A DNA stretch of 64,000 nucleotides, from positions 21,762,001 to 21,826,000 of the forward strand of contig CAIIXF020000001.1 in the NCBI GenBank assembly GCA_903813345.2, written 5' to 3'. Both the position numbers and the translations under genes were made by a program. The notes beneath the pieces are model-generated. The model had not been told where the DNA came from. It saw nothing but the letters and a program-made list of their open reading frames with translations, and ran no database searches. Origin of the DNA: Owenia fusiformis (taxonomy: Eukaryota). This document shows positions 37,718-51,485 of the stretch, piece by piece; the first letter of the stretch is position 1, and every line of letters starts with the position of its first letter.

Positions 37718-38121
37718 GGTTCAGCTGGAAAGTAACATTTTGGTAATAAATTGCTATACCTGCCCATGTTATTTTCTGGTACAAAATTAAGTATGAAGGC
37801 ATGTGTGTATTGCCTTGGTTTTTTCAGGAAAGCATCATTACACTGTCTTCTTTTAGAATATCTAGAAACAGGTCAATGGTAGCTCCTGTGTTGTCTGGAA
37901 ACTTTGAAAGAAAATATGGAAAAATAGAAAGTGTGAAATATCAGAATTTCCTGTAGTTCCCATTAAACGCCTACCAGATATTCTAAAATAAGACAATGTA
38001 ATGATACTTTCCTGAAAAAAGCAAGGAAATTGACACGTGCCTTCATACTTTATTTTGTACCAGAAAATAACATGTGCAGGTATAGCAATTTTTTACCAAA
38101 ATGTTACTTTCCAGCTGTACC
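37718..38121. mobile_element. Kolobok-like foldback element
   Basis: TTAA|ggttcagctggaaagtaacattttggtaa...ttaccaaaatgttactttccagctgtacc|TTAA, with long inverted arms. Confidence 0.8.
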
Positions 38122-38143
38122 TTAACATTTGCGTTCTATTTCA

Positions 38144-40598
38144 CACGGGATGTCATCGCCTGATTTGGTCAATGTTAGGGAGCAGGTCGTTTTTACAATA
38201 AATTTCAATATTTTCACACAAAATATTTTTTTACTGAAAAACTGCTCATTCGCAGAGAAAATGTACTAGCACATGCAATGACAATGTCAATCACGCTTCT
38301 GTACTAAATTCGGCGGAAGTCTTTTATAATCTAATACGAAGTTACTAAAAAAGGCGCGAACGCCCTACACTCAAAATGATCGTTTTTCCATTATAACTTT
38401 TTAACGTAATTTAACGAAGGCTTCTAATTATTATCCAAGATAGTCTAAATACCGATTAAAATATTTCTTACTTCAAACAGATACGCCGTCTTTTATTCAA
38501 TTTTTTAAAAAATAATAAAAAATAACTCTTGTCAATGTTAGGGAGCAGTCAATGTTAGGGAGCAAAATGATTTTATCAGAATATTAAAAATGTAGCAAAT
38601 GGCCATTTAAAATATGTATGGCATTTATAAACTGAACAATTTTGTTTGTATGATTATTTGATACCCTTTGGGGAGGAAAGCGTTAAAATTGTAAGAAAAT
38701 CATTGAAAAGGTTATTTTGCATTTTTTATTTTCAGCTAAATCCTGTTTACGTTCGTTTTAGAAATATTTAGATGCGAACCATTCCTTCTTTATTCGTTGA
38801 CCTCTAACTGTAAATGAATGGATGTATCGTTATATACACTTTTTGATGATGTCATCAGTTCACAATCCTAAATTGTGGATGATAAATTATCTGAACTGAT
38901 ATATAGGCTTGAGAAATCTCCGACATCCTTCAGTTCTATGATTTGATATTTTCCTAGTATTAAAGTAAGAGAGTTAGTCTCGCACTTATCTTTACGACCG
39001 GGTATCACCTGATAGCTGGCACAAACGCTATGAAGGGCTCATTGCGCAGTTACATGTATGATAGTAGATTTTTACACGTATACTTCAATTTGTCAATACT
39101 CAGACAATGCAGTATATAACCGATCTCTGTTATATGTGTACCACTTGCTAATGATACTCTAAAGCCCGGTATACACCAATGGGACAAGTTGGGAAGAAGG
39201 GGATACAAAGAACAAACCTTCAAAATGCCTCAACCAAGAGGAGTAGCCCCTGGACAAAGACCGACAAAGACCGATTCGTACACACTATAAAACTGATTTC
39301 TCGAAAATAAAGGATTCAGTGAAAATTGGACTTGACATTTCAGATTAATTTGCAAATTAGTAATTGGTGAAAAAATAACACTTTGGAAAGAATTTTTAGT
39401 TGTTCAAGAGAAGTGACGGTATTTTTTCCTAATATTCAATTTTTGTGCTGCTTGCTGAGCTATACTTGAAAGACAATCAGCTCAATTTATGTCTATATTT
39501 GGGTTAAAATGTGTGAAGTCCCAAAATGTTTTATTATTCTAACATTTCTAAAATATGATTGGACAAAGTTTTAGACTTTCTTTAAGTGTTACCGGTCTAT
39601 TTCAAAACAATAATTTATATACAAAGATGAGCTCATTTATTTAAATACAATATCATGAATAAAGGGAGATGTCATGTAATTATTGTATCTGGTTAAATTG
39701 TGTATATTGTGCTGAGCAATACTGTATGCTTGTAAGGTTTATACCAAGGGGTATAAAACAATCATACAATCTTGTCTAGTTTATAAATGACATACATGTT
39801 TGTAAAGGCCAATTACTCTGATATTCTGATAAAACCATTTCGCCCCACTGCATTGTTTGCTCCGCCACATTGATCATACTTATTTTTTATTATTTAAAAA
39901 AAATTAAAGAAAGGTGTACCTGTTTGAAGTAAGAAATATTTCAATATGTACTGAGATTATCCATGATAATAATTAACTTTCCTTCGTCAAAAATCTTTGA
40001 GAGTCCATTTTCTGAAGATAACAAAAATGCAAAACAATTTTTTTTATCGATTTTGTTAAATTTTGTTAAGGCAAGGGGTTTAAAATAATCATTCAAACAA
40101 TATTGTTCAGTTTATAAATGCCATACATATTTTAAATGGCCATTTGCTACATTTTTAATATTCTGATAAAATCATTTTGCTCCCTAACATTGACTGCTCC
40201 CTAACATTGACAAGAGTTATTTTTTATTATTTTTTAAAAAATTGAATAAAAGACGGCGTATCTGTTTGAAGTAAGAAATATTTTAATCGGTATTTAGACT
40301 ATCTTGGATAATAATTAGAAGCCTTCGTTAAATTATGTTAAAAAGTTATAATGGAAAAACGATCATTTTGAGTGTAGGGCGTTCGCGCCTTTTTTAGTAA
40401 CTTCGTATTAGATTATAAAAGACTTCCGCCGAATTTCGTACAGAAGCGTGATTGACATTGTCATTGCATGTGCTAGTACATTTTCTCTGCGAATGAGCAG
40501 TTTTTCAGTAAAAAAATATTTTGTGTGAAAATATTGAAATTTATTGTAAAAACGACCTGCTCCCTAACATTGACCAAATCAGGCGATGACATCCCGTG
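38144..40598. mobile_element. Young 2.45-kb non-autonomous element with ~497-bp near-perfect TIRs, CACGG ends, 5-bp TSD
   Basis: Arms 38144-38640 and 40102-40598 show only ~2 mismatches by eye; TTTCA on both flanks; no transposase ORF seen inside. Confidence 0.9.
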
Positions 40599-43500
40599 TT
40601 TCAGTTGTTTTTCTGTTTTCGTCGCCCATCATTTATAACATGTAAACATTTTAACAAACAACAATATTTTCCTGAATTAAAAAGCCGACCAGAACAGATT
40701 TTAAACTGAATCGTAACGTCCGAGGCTAAAGAACCAAACTGCACCATGTTCATTGTGAACTGTCCAAGATTCATCATTTGGTTATACAAATTTTTATTTT
40801 TATTGAGAATTAGTCTTTACATGAATTAAATATTACTCAAAAATCTGTTAGCTAATTATAATTTGAATCTTAAACAGTAAAGAGAGAAAGATTAAACATT
40901 AATGTCAGATGTTCATGAATTTCAAATGCAGTATGTGATGAGAGGACAAGAAGGCAATGTTCTCAATCTAAATAATTGCTGGCTCTTTAGCACAGCCAGA
41001 GACAATGAGACATTGTTTGACAATTACCTATATGGACAACATTGTCTCCCTATACCAGAATTTTATAGTGATTACCTTGTCATATTAGCCATCATTTTTG
41101 CCCTCTTAGTTCAGCAATCTTGAACATATCCAAAACAAATTTCTTAATTTAGATGTTTTGCCTCTGTCTTTTATCACACTTTTTCAATGTTGTATTGTCA
41201 TTATTTTGTGCTGATGGGCATGCATCTGATGGGGTGAGTGTTTGAGCGGGCTTCACAAAACTCTGTATGTAAATTTCAGGCAAACTGCTTTTTCTGTTCA
41301 ACTTGAAATTTTTATAACATTTTAAATGAAATACTTATTATAGCAGTGTTGCTATATGAAGGTTAACAAAAGTTTTGTATAACAAAGCTGTAAAATTAAA
41401 GTTTAAGTAAAATCATAGTATGCCCATGGTAAAATTAATATTGTCCAGTTATTGTAATTACACCAGCATCACCAGTGGTTGGATTTTGATAAGTTCATAG
41501 ATAAAAAGTAATGTATGAACCTAACAGATGATTTGATATGATTAAGGTGTGAATAGATGGCATTTTAAAAGCAATAATATAGTCCAGTTATTGTAATTAC
41601 ATGGAGGTTATACCCAAGAGCAGTATCTAGACAAAATAGACTAATCTCATGAGTTGGACATTTTTACAAATGAGAGATTTTTAATAGTTTTTTTTTCATT
41701 ACTGGCTGATCTATTCTTCTGCTAGATCTTGTAGTCATCAAAATATAAACAGTTGTTCAGTTTTTTTAATTAAGATTCTTCTCATAGAGTAGACTAGGTT
41801 AAGCATTGTTTAGCCATCATGTCTGTACCAGAGCCTTTTAGTTCACTCTTAGTATGATTTTTGCAAGGTGAGATAGTCTCAGTCAGAATGTAATTTCTAT
41901 TGTTTCATCTTATTAATAGGAAAAATAATTAGATAACATGAAAAATAATATTTTGCATAAAATGATCACTCTTGGGTAATAAAAATGTCAAATAGTTAGA
42001 TAGAGTGAGTCCATATTTATAAGTACAGTGAGTGAATAATGATTATATTCATGAAACAAAAGAAGGTTTATCAAAAAAATCTACTGAAATAACATCCTCT
42101 AGCTACATAAGACTTAGGACTCATGTTTCATTCTTCTTGGAGTCCAAGGCTACTTATGTCTCTCATAATGTATAAACATTAATGGTATCTTTGTATTAGA
42201 AAACAACTACTGGTATGCCCAAAATGTAAGATGCGAATACCACAATCTGACCAATATTCTGCAAATATAGCGTGACTAGCTATGAAACACTTACAATATT
42301 TTGCACCAAAACAAGTCTATTCTTTTCACTATTTCTCATTGTAGAGTTTTGAAGAGCTTTTCGGTACCAAATAAACCTAGATAATCAACTTATTTTAATC
42401 TATACAAGCAGTCACTTTGTTCCGAACCATTCCTAAATTGTTCCTTTCCGAAGCAAAATATTCTGAATCAAACCGTTCCAATTTTTTTGTTGTTCCGTGA
42501 CTCCTCTATTATGTACTATAGAAAAATGCTTGGGTGGGTACTACGTATATATTTAGGGAGAGCAGGGTTCTGTTTAACAGGTTTAAGAGATGAAGAGATG
42601 ATACATGTATGAACATTGATGCTCTTGCAAGACTACCATCTTCCAAAATAACTGTTTTTGGAACCAAATATAAAGCTCAAAAGTTTCAAAAGAATCAGCG
42701 TGTACTTTTCATTTTGGTCAAAGCATTAACCTTCATTTATTTCCACCATTATAAAAAGCACTAACTGCAGTCACTGTCAACTGTAGTCAGACGTACATGT
42801 ACAGTGATTGTGCCAGGAACCATAATGTAATTCTTGTATGTTTTCTCTATGGTTTATGATAATACCAAAACCTATTTTGTATATTTGATCTACCATAAAT
42901 AGAGAACAATGGAAGGTATTGGCTTTGTTAACTCCATAATCCCATATACTTGAAGTCATTCTTCAAATATTCAACAACCAACAAAGTTTGTAAGTATTTT
43001 TGTTACATTGTTCTTCCGCTTGTTGTTAATATAGTTATCATCTTGAAATAAATAAATTGTTTATTTTAATGGTGCTTTGATTGATAAAGTTAAACAAGTC
43101 AACAATGGCTTGTTTACACAGGCCTAAGTAAGATAAAAAATTGAATTTGAATTCATGTAGTGTCTCATTTCCAGTCATTGAATTGAATTCAAATATTTGC
43201 AAACGTTTGTTACATTTTTGTTACATTTTATATAAATCAATAAAAAATGAATCTGCCAAAATATTCAAATGTAGTTTAATCAATATATAATAAATAAGAT
43301 ATTGACTATAGGTAATAATCAATAAACATATGGTGAAAATGGCAGATGGTAAAGGCTTGAATCTCTCTAAGTATTCATCAAGTATTCTGCCTTGCTATAT
43401 ACACCATTGTTTTTATTACCCTTTGCATTGGTTCTTTATCCTATATCGGTTTGACTTAAAAATAGAGCTTTGTCTGTATGTTAGTTTGTGCTCTATGCTC

Positions 43501-45744
43501 AGGGTATATAACTTTGGACCAGTCATGGAGAAATGTAAAAAAATCATGAAATTCCTCAATAATAAATCAACTACTGGGTAATTATACATTAGAGGGTGTG
43601 GTTAGTTGGGTAGTCCTCTGTGGTAGTTTTCAATGGACTTTGTGACTTATATAGATAACCTGCAAAAAGCAGCTCGTCTCAATAACCCAGTTGCATACAT
43701 TTCTTGCGTGTTAATTTATTGCTCAAATATATTTTGGTGGTCAAACTGAAATTGATCAAATTCTATGATTAACCCTTGAGTTGGATTAGTACTGTTACCA
43801 AACCTACATACATGTACGTTGACTGTTCATTCCATAGGGTTGAAAGGTTATCTTTTTAGATTCAAATTAAAGTTTTTCTATAACAGGTAAACATACTTTA
43901 TATGCAACTTGACTTAACAAGTGTATTTAATGCACTTTTCAGCGATTTTGGGCACAATAAGAAAATGTGATATACTGTATCCCCATAGACTGTGAGGGTT
44001 GCATTTTTCATAAAGAATGATATTGGCAAATATACTGTTTTGATATAGTCTGGGTGCGTAGGAGGAAAACTGACATTACATGCTTGCATTGATTGCATTG
44101 AAAAGGTTTGTTTTGAAACAAAGAAGTCACTTTATGACTTGCGCTCTAAACAGTCTATAGGTCAATAAAATAGAAAATAGCCCTGAAAGAAGAGCCTTGT
44201 CAAACCAATCAAATTAGAGTATTCTCCTCAGATGCCTGGGGATATATGAAGTGATAATCCAATGTTCTTTAATTACTGTTTTATTTTCCTATGATTACAG
44301 ATGATTGCATCTGCTTAAGGCTTAGAATCGGGGATTGCAGTTTCGGCCAGAAAATTCATAAAGTATTTGGTAAGTGGTTTTAACTTATATTTTTATTGCA
44401 TGTTAAAACACAATAATCTCTTACTGAATGTATCCTAAAAGTATGTATATTAACTTGTTTTCTTATCTTCATACATTTTAGCTAGGGTTTGAACCAGGAT
44501 CTTTGTAGTGCACTAATGGATCTTTTTCACAAAGTCCAAACTTGTTATTCAATTCCTCTGTGTTATTTATTTGACAGTTTGATATGACAGAGGCTGTCAG
44601 GCTTTACTTACTACTAGAGCAAATTCAGCATAGCTTTTTTTATAATTAAAGAAATGGTCCATATGTGCTATTATTCCCATTGTACATTTGCCAAACATTG
44701 TTTTCTTAACAGTTCAATTGGGTTCAAATTTCTATACCAATTATACAATTCAGCAAAAGTATATGAATTCACTATGGAAATGAGACAAACTTGACGAAGC
44801 AATGATTCTGAGTGAATGTAGAAAAAAGTTGTTATCTCCAGTTTATTAACGTGTTATGATAAGTGCTGCCATCTTTATTGAGGATCAAGTAACTTCTCTG
44901 CATCTATAATGTCAAGTATGCACAGTATATGTATGGCCATGTATGTAACAGTGGAAGATGTTATCAGGTTTTGAATTGACAGAAAAAGTCTTGCTTTTTA
45001 AATGGTTAAGATAGTGATTTGAGATATGTCCAGCTGCCAGGAATGCTAGTTAAAATCAATTGTTCACAATCTGTTTTCTAATCATTTTCTAAACATTTAT
45101 TATACCCTATATATAGAAAAAATATCTATTAAACATTTATGTTGTTAAGTATGATATGAAATTGACCAAATATGTCAAATAACAAGATGAATACATTAGT
45201 TGATAACATAAATGAAAGAGAAATGTATTTATCCATGTTTTCAGTGTTAATAATATTTTTAGATTTAGATTTACTGAGAAAAATAGAGAGATGGGAGAGG
45301 GAGGAAGGTTTGAGGAAAAAACAAGGACAATAAGGGCCCTCTAAACTCCACCCAATTTCATTATATTGTTTCATTATAAATGGGTTATGGTCATCGGGTA
45401 TCATCTATAAGATAATTATTTATGATACTTGATGCAAATTGATTTTTTCACCCATAATGAGATTGGACCCATGATCGAACACTAATGATGCAATAGAATA
45501 AGCAATATCAATTCCCTCATCGACAAAAATTGTTTGATGTTGTAAATCTTGTTATCAATCTAATGAAGTACTAAATAACCAAATGCAGGAATATGAGTTT
45601 TATCAATAAGGTAAGTGTGACCTTATTGAATTGTTAAATCAGAGCCTAATGCTTCTCAGTAATGTTGTCAGTCTTGGCTAAAAAATGGAACTATATGTAC
45701 TCCCTTATTTTAAACTTAGATCAGATCAGATATTATTACCTTAA

Positions 45745-46021
45745 CCTCTTGAATCCCAGGCTGTAAAATAGGTTGAAACGAGAGAATTTTTCATTTTTTG
45801 ACATTTTACTACATATCTATACAACTTTAGACGCTCAACTTAGTAAAATTAGACAGAGATCATTTCTACACATTTTAAAACAATTTTGTGTAAATAAGAT
45901 GAAAATTGTTTAAATGAGAGAAATTTTAGTGAAAATTTTGTGACAGATTTTCTCGTCACTCTGGTTTTCAAGGTTATTTCTGAGGTGATGAGAAATCTCG
46001 TCACTCCAGGTAGTCAAGAGG
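45745..46021. mobile_element. piggyBac-like MITE
   Basis: TTAA|cctcttgaatcccagg...ccaggtagtcaagagg|taaa; same family as 31054-31321. Confidence 0.75.
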
Positions 46022-47518
46022 TAAAAGACTTTGCTAGAGTATTTGAAAATCCTTCTAGCTCATTTGTTATCACACCTTTTTAAAAAATGTACTTGTCTAG
46101 GGTTACAAGTTGATATGCCCATAGTGCATGTTCTGTATGTTATGTCACACTGGTTTGGGCTATGCATTTGTATGGTTTGTATTATGGGTTTACCATTGGG
46201 ACTGCGTTTCTTATGGTGAGTACTTCAGTCTTATGTCAGGTACCCTGAATAGCATCCCTTGTTTTCCTAATTTCCTGAAAAAAAATCTGAAAGAGTCATT
46301 CTTCCTTTCATCTTTTGTCTGATAAGTCTCTCCTGCAAAGATAGGAAATTCATGAAGGGAAATTTCTTTTGATATTTTCTCTTACAAATATGACAGTTTC
46401 TTTAATACCAGGACATTGAAAGCTTAAGACTAGTGAGAATTTACATCAATTTCATGCTCCAACACCATTTCACGCAGGCTGATCAATAGTCGAGACGCGT
46501 TGGATTGTGGCATAATTTCATTAACCAATCATGAGGGATTGCTTTGCCTATCTTCTGTAGAATTGTATTCACTTATTGTTTACTTGTGACTTTCTTGTTT
46601 TGTTCTTGATGGATACTACCTTTGAATATCACTGGAAGACAGACCCAGAAACCCTTCTCAAAGGAGCTAAGTGTGTTCTTTTATGTGCATGTAGACATAC
46701 AAGCACATACCTCAACCCTTTGTATGAGTTGTGGACCACTCAGTCAGACACCCTGGATCACTTATGCACCAAGCAAAGTGTCTTACTTGAACCAGAGATG
46801 GGGTCTAGGGCCACTGGATGATTGGTGAACCTTTACTACTTCAAGCTATTTGGGCAGATCCGGATGAAACAGTTGTGCTGTGCCCAAATAATCAAATGTG
46901 ATCACATAATTTCCTGAAATCACCAAGCAAATCCTTGTTCATTGTCATAATATGGACGAATTTCTATATATGGTCATTTCCTCTGACATTATTATATGAG
47001 CATGCATTTAGCCTGATTGGTTGAGAAAAGATCAGTGGGGTAGGTTTGAAATGATTTATGACCTTGCTGTCATTGGTACCATGTCATGGATGCAGGATTG
47101 CTAAATTGCAATATAGTCTACATAAGGCGTAGGGTAGTTTATAACTAGACTCAGTACGCAGGGCACAAAATGGTGTAATTTTGAAAATATAAATGGCAAA
47201 GTTGGTCTTTGATGATTGAATTGTCTCGTCACTTACTTTTACTCAATTGTCTATTATTTCAGGCTTGCGGTTTTAGCTCATTGATTTTTGAGCATTATCT
47301 TTCCTGTCGTAAGTGGTTCGTTATAAAATATTTTTCCTTAGCTAATGGATGCATTGTCTTGATGAATATCATATCAGGATTAACTAAATGCTTTGTATTT
47401 TTAGAAATCTGAAATCAATTTATAAGTTACATATTGTATCAATTTTCTATTATGAAAGAACAGTGGGAGAGTTGCTTTAACAATCGTGTCTTTAGATTTC
47501 ATAATGCGCTCTCATTAT

Positions 47519-48537
47519 CACGGGGTACCATCGAATAATTTTGGCAACGTACCGGAGAACGACATTTTACTAAGAAATGGCAATAATTTAGCACAATATA
47601 TTTTTTAACTATAGTTCTATTTTGATTTTGACAAAAGTAAGTATTCCATGCAATAACTATTTCATTCATGAGTTTGTAGGAATTCTGTTGGAACCCAGTT
47701 CTGATCAAGTACGAAGTTATTGAAATCGGCGCAGACGGACTGTACTCCGAAAGATGGTTTTTCGATTATAACTTTTCACAACATTTAAGTATAGACTTTT
47801 GAAAAAAGTACAGAATAGTCCTTATACTTTTAAATAATTCTGTTATTTCTGATTCACACGACTCTGATTTGTTTAATTAAAAAAAAAGTTTTAAAAATAT
47901 TACTTAGGAACGTAACCGGAGCTGGGAACGTAACCGGAGCAGATCAGTTGAATTATATAATTTAAAAAAAATAAAATATATGATTTAAAGCATATATATT
48001 ATTAACAAACACATATGTCAGCTTACTTGGTGTGATATAATTATAGAACACTGTCTATTAACGACTGAAAAGCAATGTTCTGTAGTTTAACTAGATTAAA
48101 TAATTCAACTGATCTGCTCCGGTTACGTTCCCAGCTCCGGTTACGTTCCTAAGTAATATTTTTAAAACTTTTTTTTTAATTAAACAAATCAGAGTCGTGT
48201 GAATCAGAAATAACAGAATTATTTAAAAGTATAAGGACTATTCTGTACTTTTTTCAAAAGTCTATACTTAAATGTTGTGAAAAGTTATAATCGAAAAACC
48301 ATCTTTCGGAGTACAGTCCGTCTGCGCCGATTTCAATAACTTCGTACTTGATCAGAACTGGGTTCCAACAGAATTCCTACAAACTCAAGAATGAAATAGT
48401 TATTGCATGGAATACTTACTTTTGTCAAAATCAAAATAGAACTATAGTTAAAAAATATATTGTGCTAAATTATTGCCATTTCTTAGTGAAATGTCGTTCT
48501 CCGGTACGTTGCCAAAATTATTCGATGGTACCCCGTG
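47519..48537. mobile_element. Young foldback element with ~438-bp near-perfect TIRs, CACGG ends, 5-bp TSD
   Basis: Arms 47519-47956 and 48100-48537, spacer ~143 bp, ATTAT on both flanks. Confidence 0.92.
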
Positions 48538-49640
48538 ATTATACTGATTTGGTAATACTTAAATTTGATATTTATGATTGTGTGAAATATCAACAGGAAA
48601 ACAAGTTCTTTTATGACTTTTCTAAAAAGTAGAACTGCCTTATGTCATTAGTTTAAGTCTAAGAATTTAATGACTTAAATGTACTTCCACATTTTGATCC
48701 AAAAATTAGAAAATTTCATTTCAACCTATAATCTAAGTATTTTTATATTGAAATTTGGGAAGATGCATTTTTCAAAGTTTATTATTTTTTAGAGAACTGG
48801 TGTCAAAAAGCATATATATATATATATATATACAATAAATCTGCCATATACATTTCATGTCATATCAGTACAATTTTCAATCATTTCCCAACCAATTACT
48901 TGTATTGCAAGTAGAGTTCGCTTTGGTAAATATAGAATATCATTCTTATATTAATAATAAAGTAGATTTTCCGCTTTGGCTATATTTGGTTCCCAATATG
49001 AAATCAATTCTGTATTTGTTAGTTGTGATTGTAAGTTAGTAAGTTACTCGGATCAATATCAACAAGATTTTACAATTTATGTGGTCTTTTTAGCTAAATG
49101 TAATAAATCTAGCCAACTAATTCAGTTTATCTAAGAAAATGGAACTTGGCATATCCAAGTGAATAAAGCAGTTTAAGGCCTGATTGCAGATAAGTTGAAT
49201 TCTTGAAGATCAGAAATTCTTTGATATAATTGTGGTAAGTAAATTTTTGACTTATTTTCTTAAGGATTAGAATGCGCAAAATACATTAGAAAGCATACAA
49301 TATATACGTTTGTATGTATGTATATAGGATTCACCTGAGCTGTTGCTATTCTCTTATGAAATGAGGGTCCTTTTGGTCTTATTTAAGATACAATGGCCAC
49401 ATTTTGGTCAAGCAAAAATTCTCTTATATTTTTTAAATTGGATTTTTATTTTTTTCTATTTCATGTACTATCTCAGAGTGAGCTTAAAAATCAGTGGTCA
49501 AGGTAATTCACAACATTTTTTAGTGTGGTTTTCATCAGTTTTTTTTATTTGGAACATTTCCAACAACTGAAACAGCAATACCAAGTCCATTAACAGATTT
49601 GAAGATTTTCTAACAAAACCACCAATTATGTACGTGTATA

Positions 49641-50671
49641 CAGGGTGATCAATAAATAAGGTAAAAGTATCTGGCATTTCTTCAGATTTTACCCAATCCT
49701 CATAAAATTTGCACAGAATAATGTTCAAACATTATTAAATTGAAATTATTAAGTAACAGATCAAAGTGGTGTGATTGGTTGAAGTTATGGTTGCCATAGC
49801 AACAGAAAGCATGAAGACCCGGGGCAACTATCAAAGAACTAAATCCTCAGTCGAAGCGCTTTTGGTAATGTATTTCAAATCACAATTGAAATGACATATC
49901 ATATTCTTATTTTATACTTCATAACTACTCTACCTAATGTCTTTTGTTTTTAACATGTAGCTCATGTCTTCTACTCCAGTCTTTGAATTCCTTTTAAACA
50001 CATTTTCCCATAGCCTGCGGCAAATTTTTAAGATAGCTGAGTTCAAGTCTTCCCATGAGAAACTCCCTCAACTCCCTCTTCAGCTCATCATGAAGGTAAA
50101 ATCATTAGGGGACAAGTCAGGAGAGTATAGAACATGGCCTAATAGTGGGAAACCCAGTGCATCAATTGCTTTTGCCGTGAGAATAGCATTGTGAGATGGA
50201 GCATTATCCAAGTGCAATGTGAGACATTTTGCGGGCCTCTTCTTCCTCTTTGCTCTCATCAAATCTCTTCTGTGGTTGACCCGTGTCATAGACTTTCTAT
50301 GATCACATCACTTTTCATTATATATTTATCTTTTCTGTGACACCAAACACCAAATTTGCAAGAAAATGTGTAACAATGGTAACAAAGTATTAAAACAATA
50401 AATGCTGGCACCCATGTTTATTTCTTTTCAGTTTGAAAAAGATGTGCTTTTTATCATTTTTCGTTCAAACTGGACACAACTAAATTGCCCCGGGTACCCC
50501 TGACTCTATTTGCCATGGTTACTATAATATTAACCAATCAGATGGCAGAATTGATATATTTATATTTTTTGATTCAGAAATGTACAAGGTATATTCTGAC
50601 CAAATTTCAGGATGTTTGGACCAATATTTACAAAATACCAGATACTTTTACCTTATTTATTGATCACCCTG
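49641..50671 (-). mobile_element. Degenerate mariner transposon
   Basis: TA|cagggtgatcaataaataaggtaaaagtatctgg TIR at both ends; ORF 50080-50289 contains LHLDNAPSH and YSPDLSPNDF (DD34D mariner catalytic motifs). Confidence 0.9.
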
Positions 50672-51075
50672 TATGTAGTGATATGTTTTATATCTGCAGC
50701 ATTCTAGACTTGTCAAAATAATTACTTCCTAATAGTTAGTAAGATAAAACAAACTTATAAACAATTTTAGTTAATTATCTGTCTTAAATATTCACGAATC
50801 TTCCCCCCTTCTGCTATGTTAGACACGTCAAAATAGTTTGCAGCGAAATCAAACAAAAAAATACCATTTTACTCCCTGTGCAATATTTTATCTTCATCTG
50901 TTCATGCTATCAGAGAATGAGAGATTGGAAGAATTGAAGTTGAATGCATTGCTGATAGCCGATAACATTAACAGCCTGTCAAATTAATACTCTTTCCAAG
51001 AGATCAGCTTGATGTATTGTTCTCTTTAAATGAGAGATGAGATTTATATCAATTTAGAATATGCATATACTGTAC

Positions 51076-51485
51076 TAGTGTTGCAGAAAATAGTCGTAGA
51101 GTCGCCTTATCGACGCATTGAGGGTCTCGAATAATCATGTCGACTCCAGGATCCATAATCTCAACTTGCTATTGTCTGTTTTAAGTCGCTATAGCGAGCC
51201 TTGTTACAACAAATTTTAGATGTTCACCGAGGAAAATATAAAACATGATGCAAGTCTAATGTTAATGAAAAAGAAATAGAGATGCTTAATGAAAGAATAT
51301 AGCATGCAACAAAATGATCTAACCTAGATCTTTGTGTTCATTAAGACATCAATAGACTGTTTTAGAAGTGAATTCACGCAATTTTCTCCAATAATTTTAG
51401 CAGAAATAAAGACATCAAAAGACGCTCCTGGCTCCATTTTTCATATTCGAGTCGACTAGTGTTTTGTCCATGAATTGCACCACTA
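51076..51485. mobile_element. hAT-like non-autonomous element
   Basis: tagtgttgca...tgcaccacta ends and subterminal gtcg(a) repeats; TSD not clean. Confidence 0.5.

Noticed and set aside
38640-40100. Transposase inside the 2.45-kb CAC element
   Set aside because: Only short open frames (under ~60 codons) with no recognisable DDE or zinc-finger motifs.
47499-48632. Duplicate ORFs MIRTGFQQNSYK... on opposite strands
   Set aside because: A by-product of the inverted arms of the 47519-48537 element; non-ATG starts and no recognisable domain.
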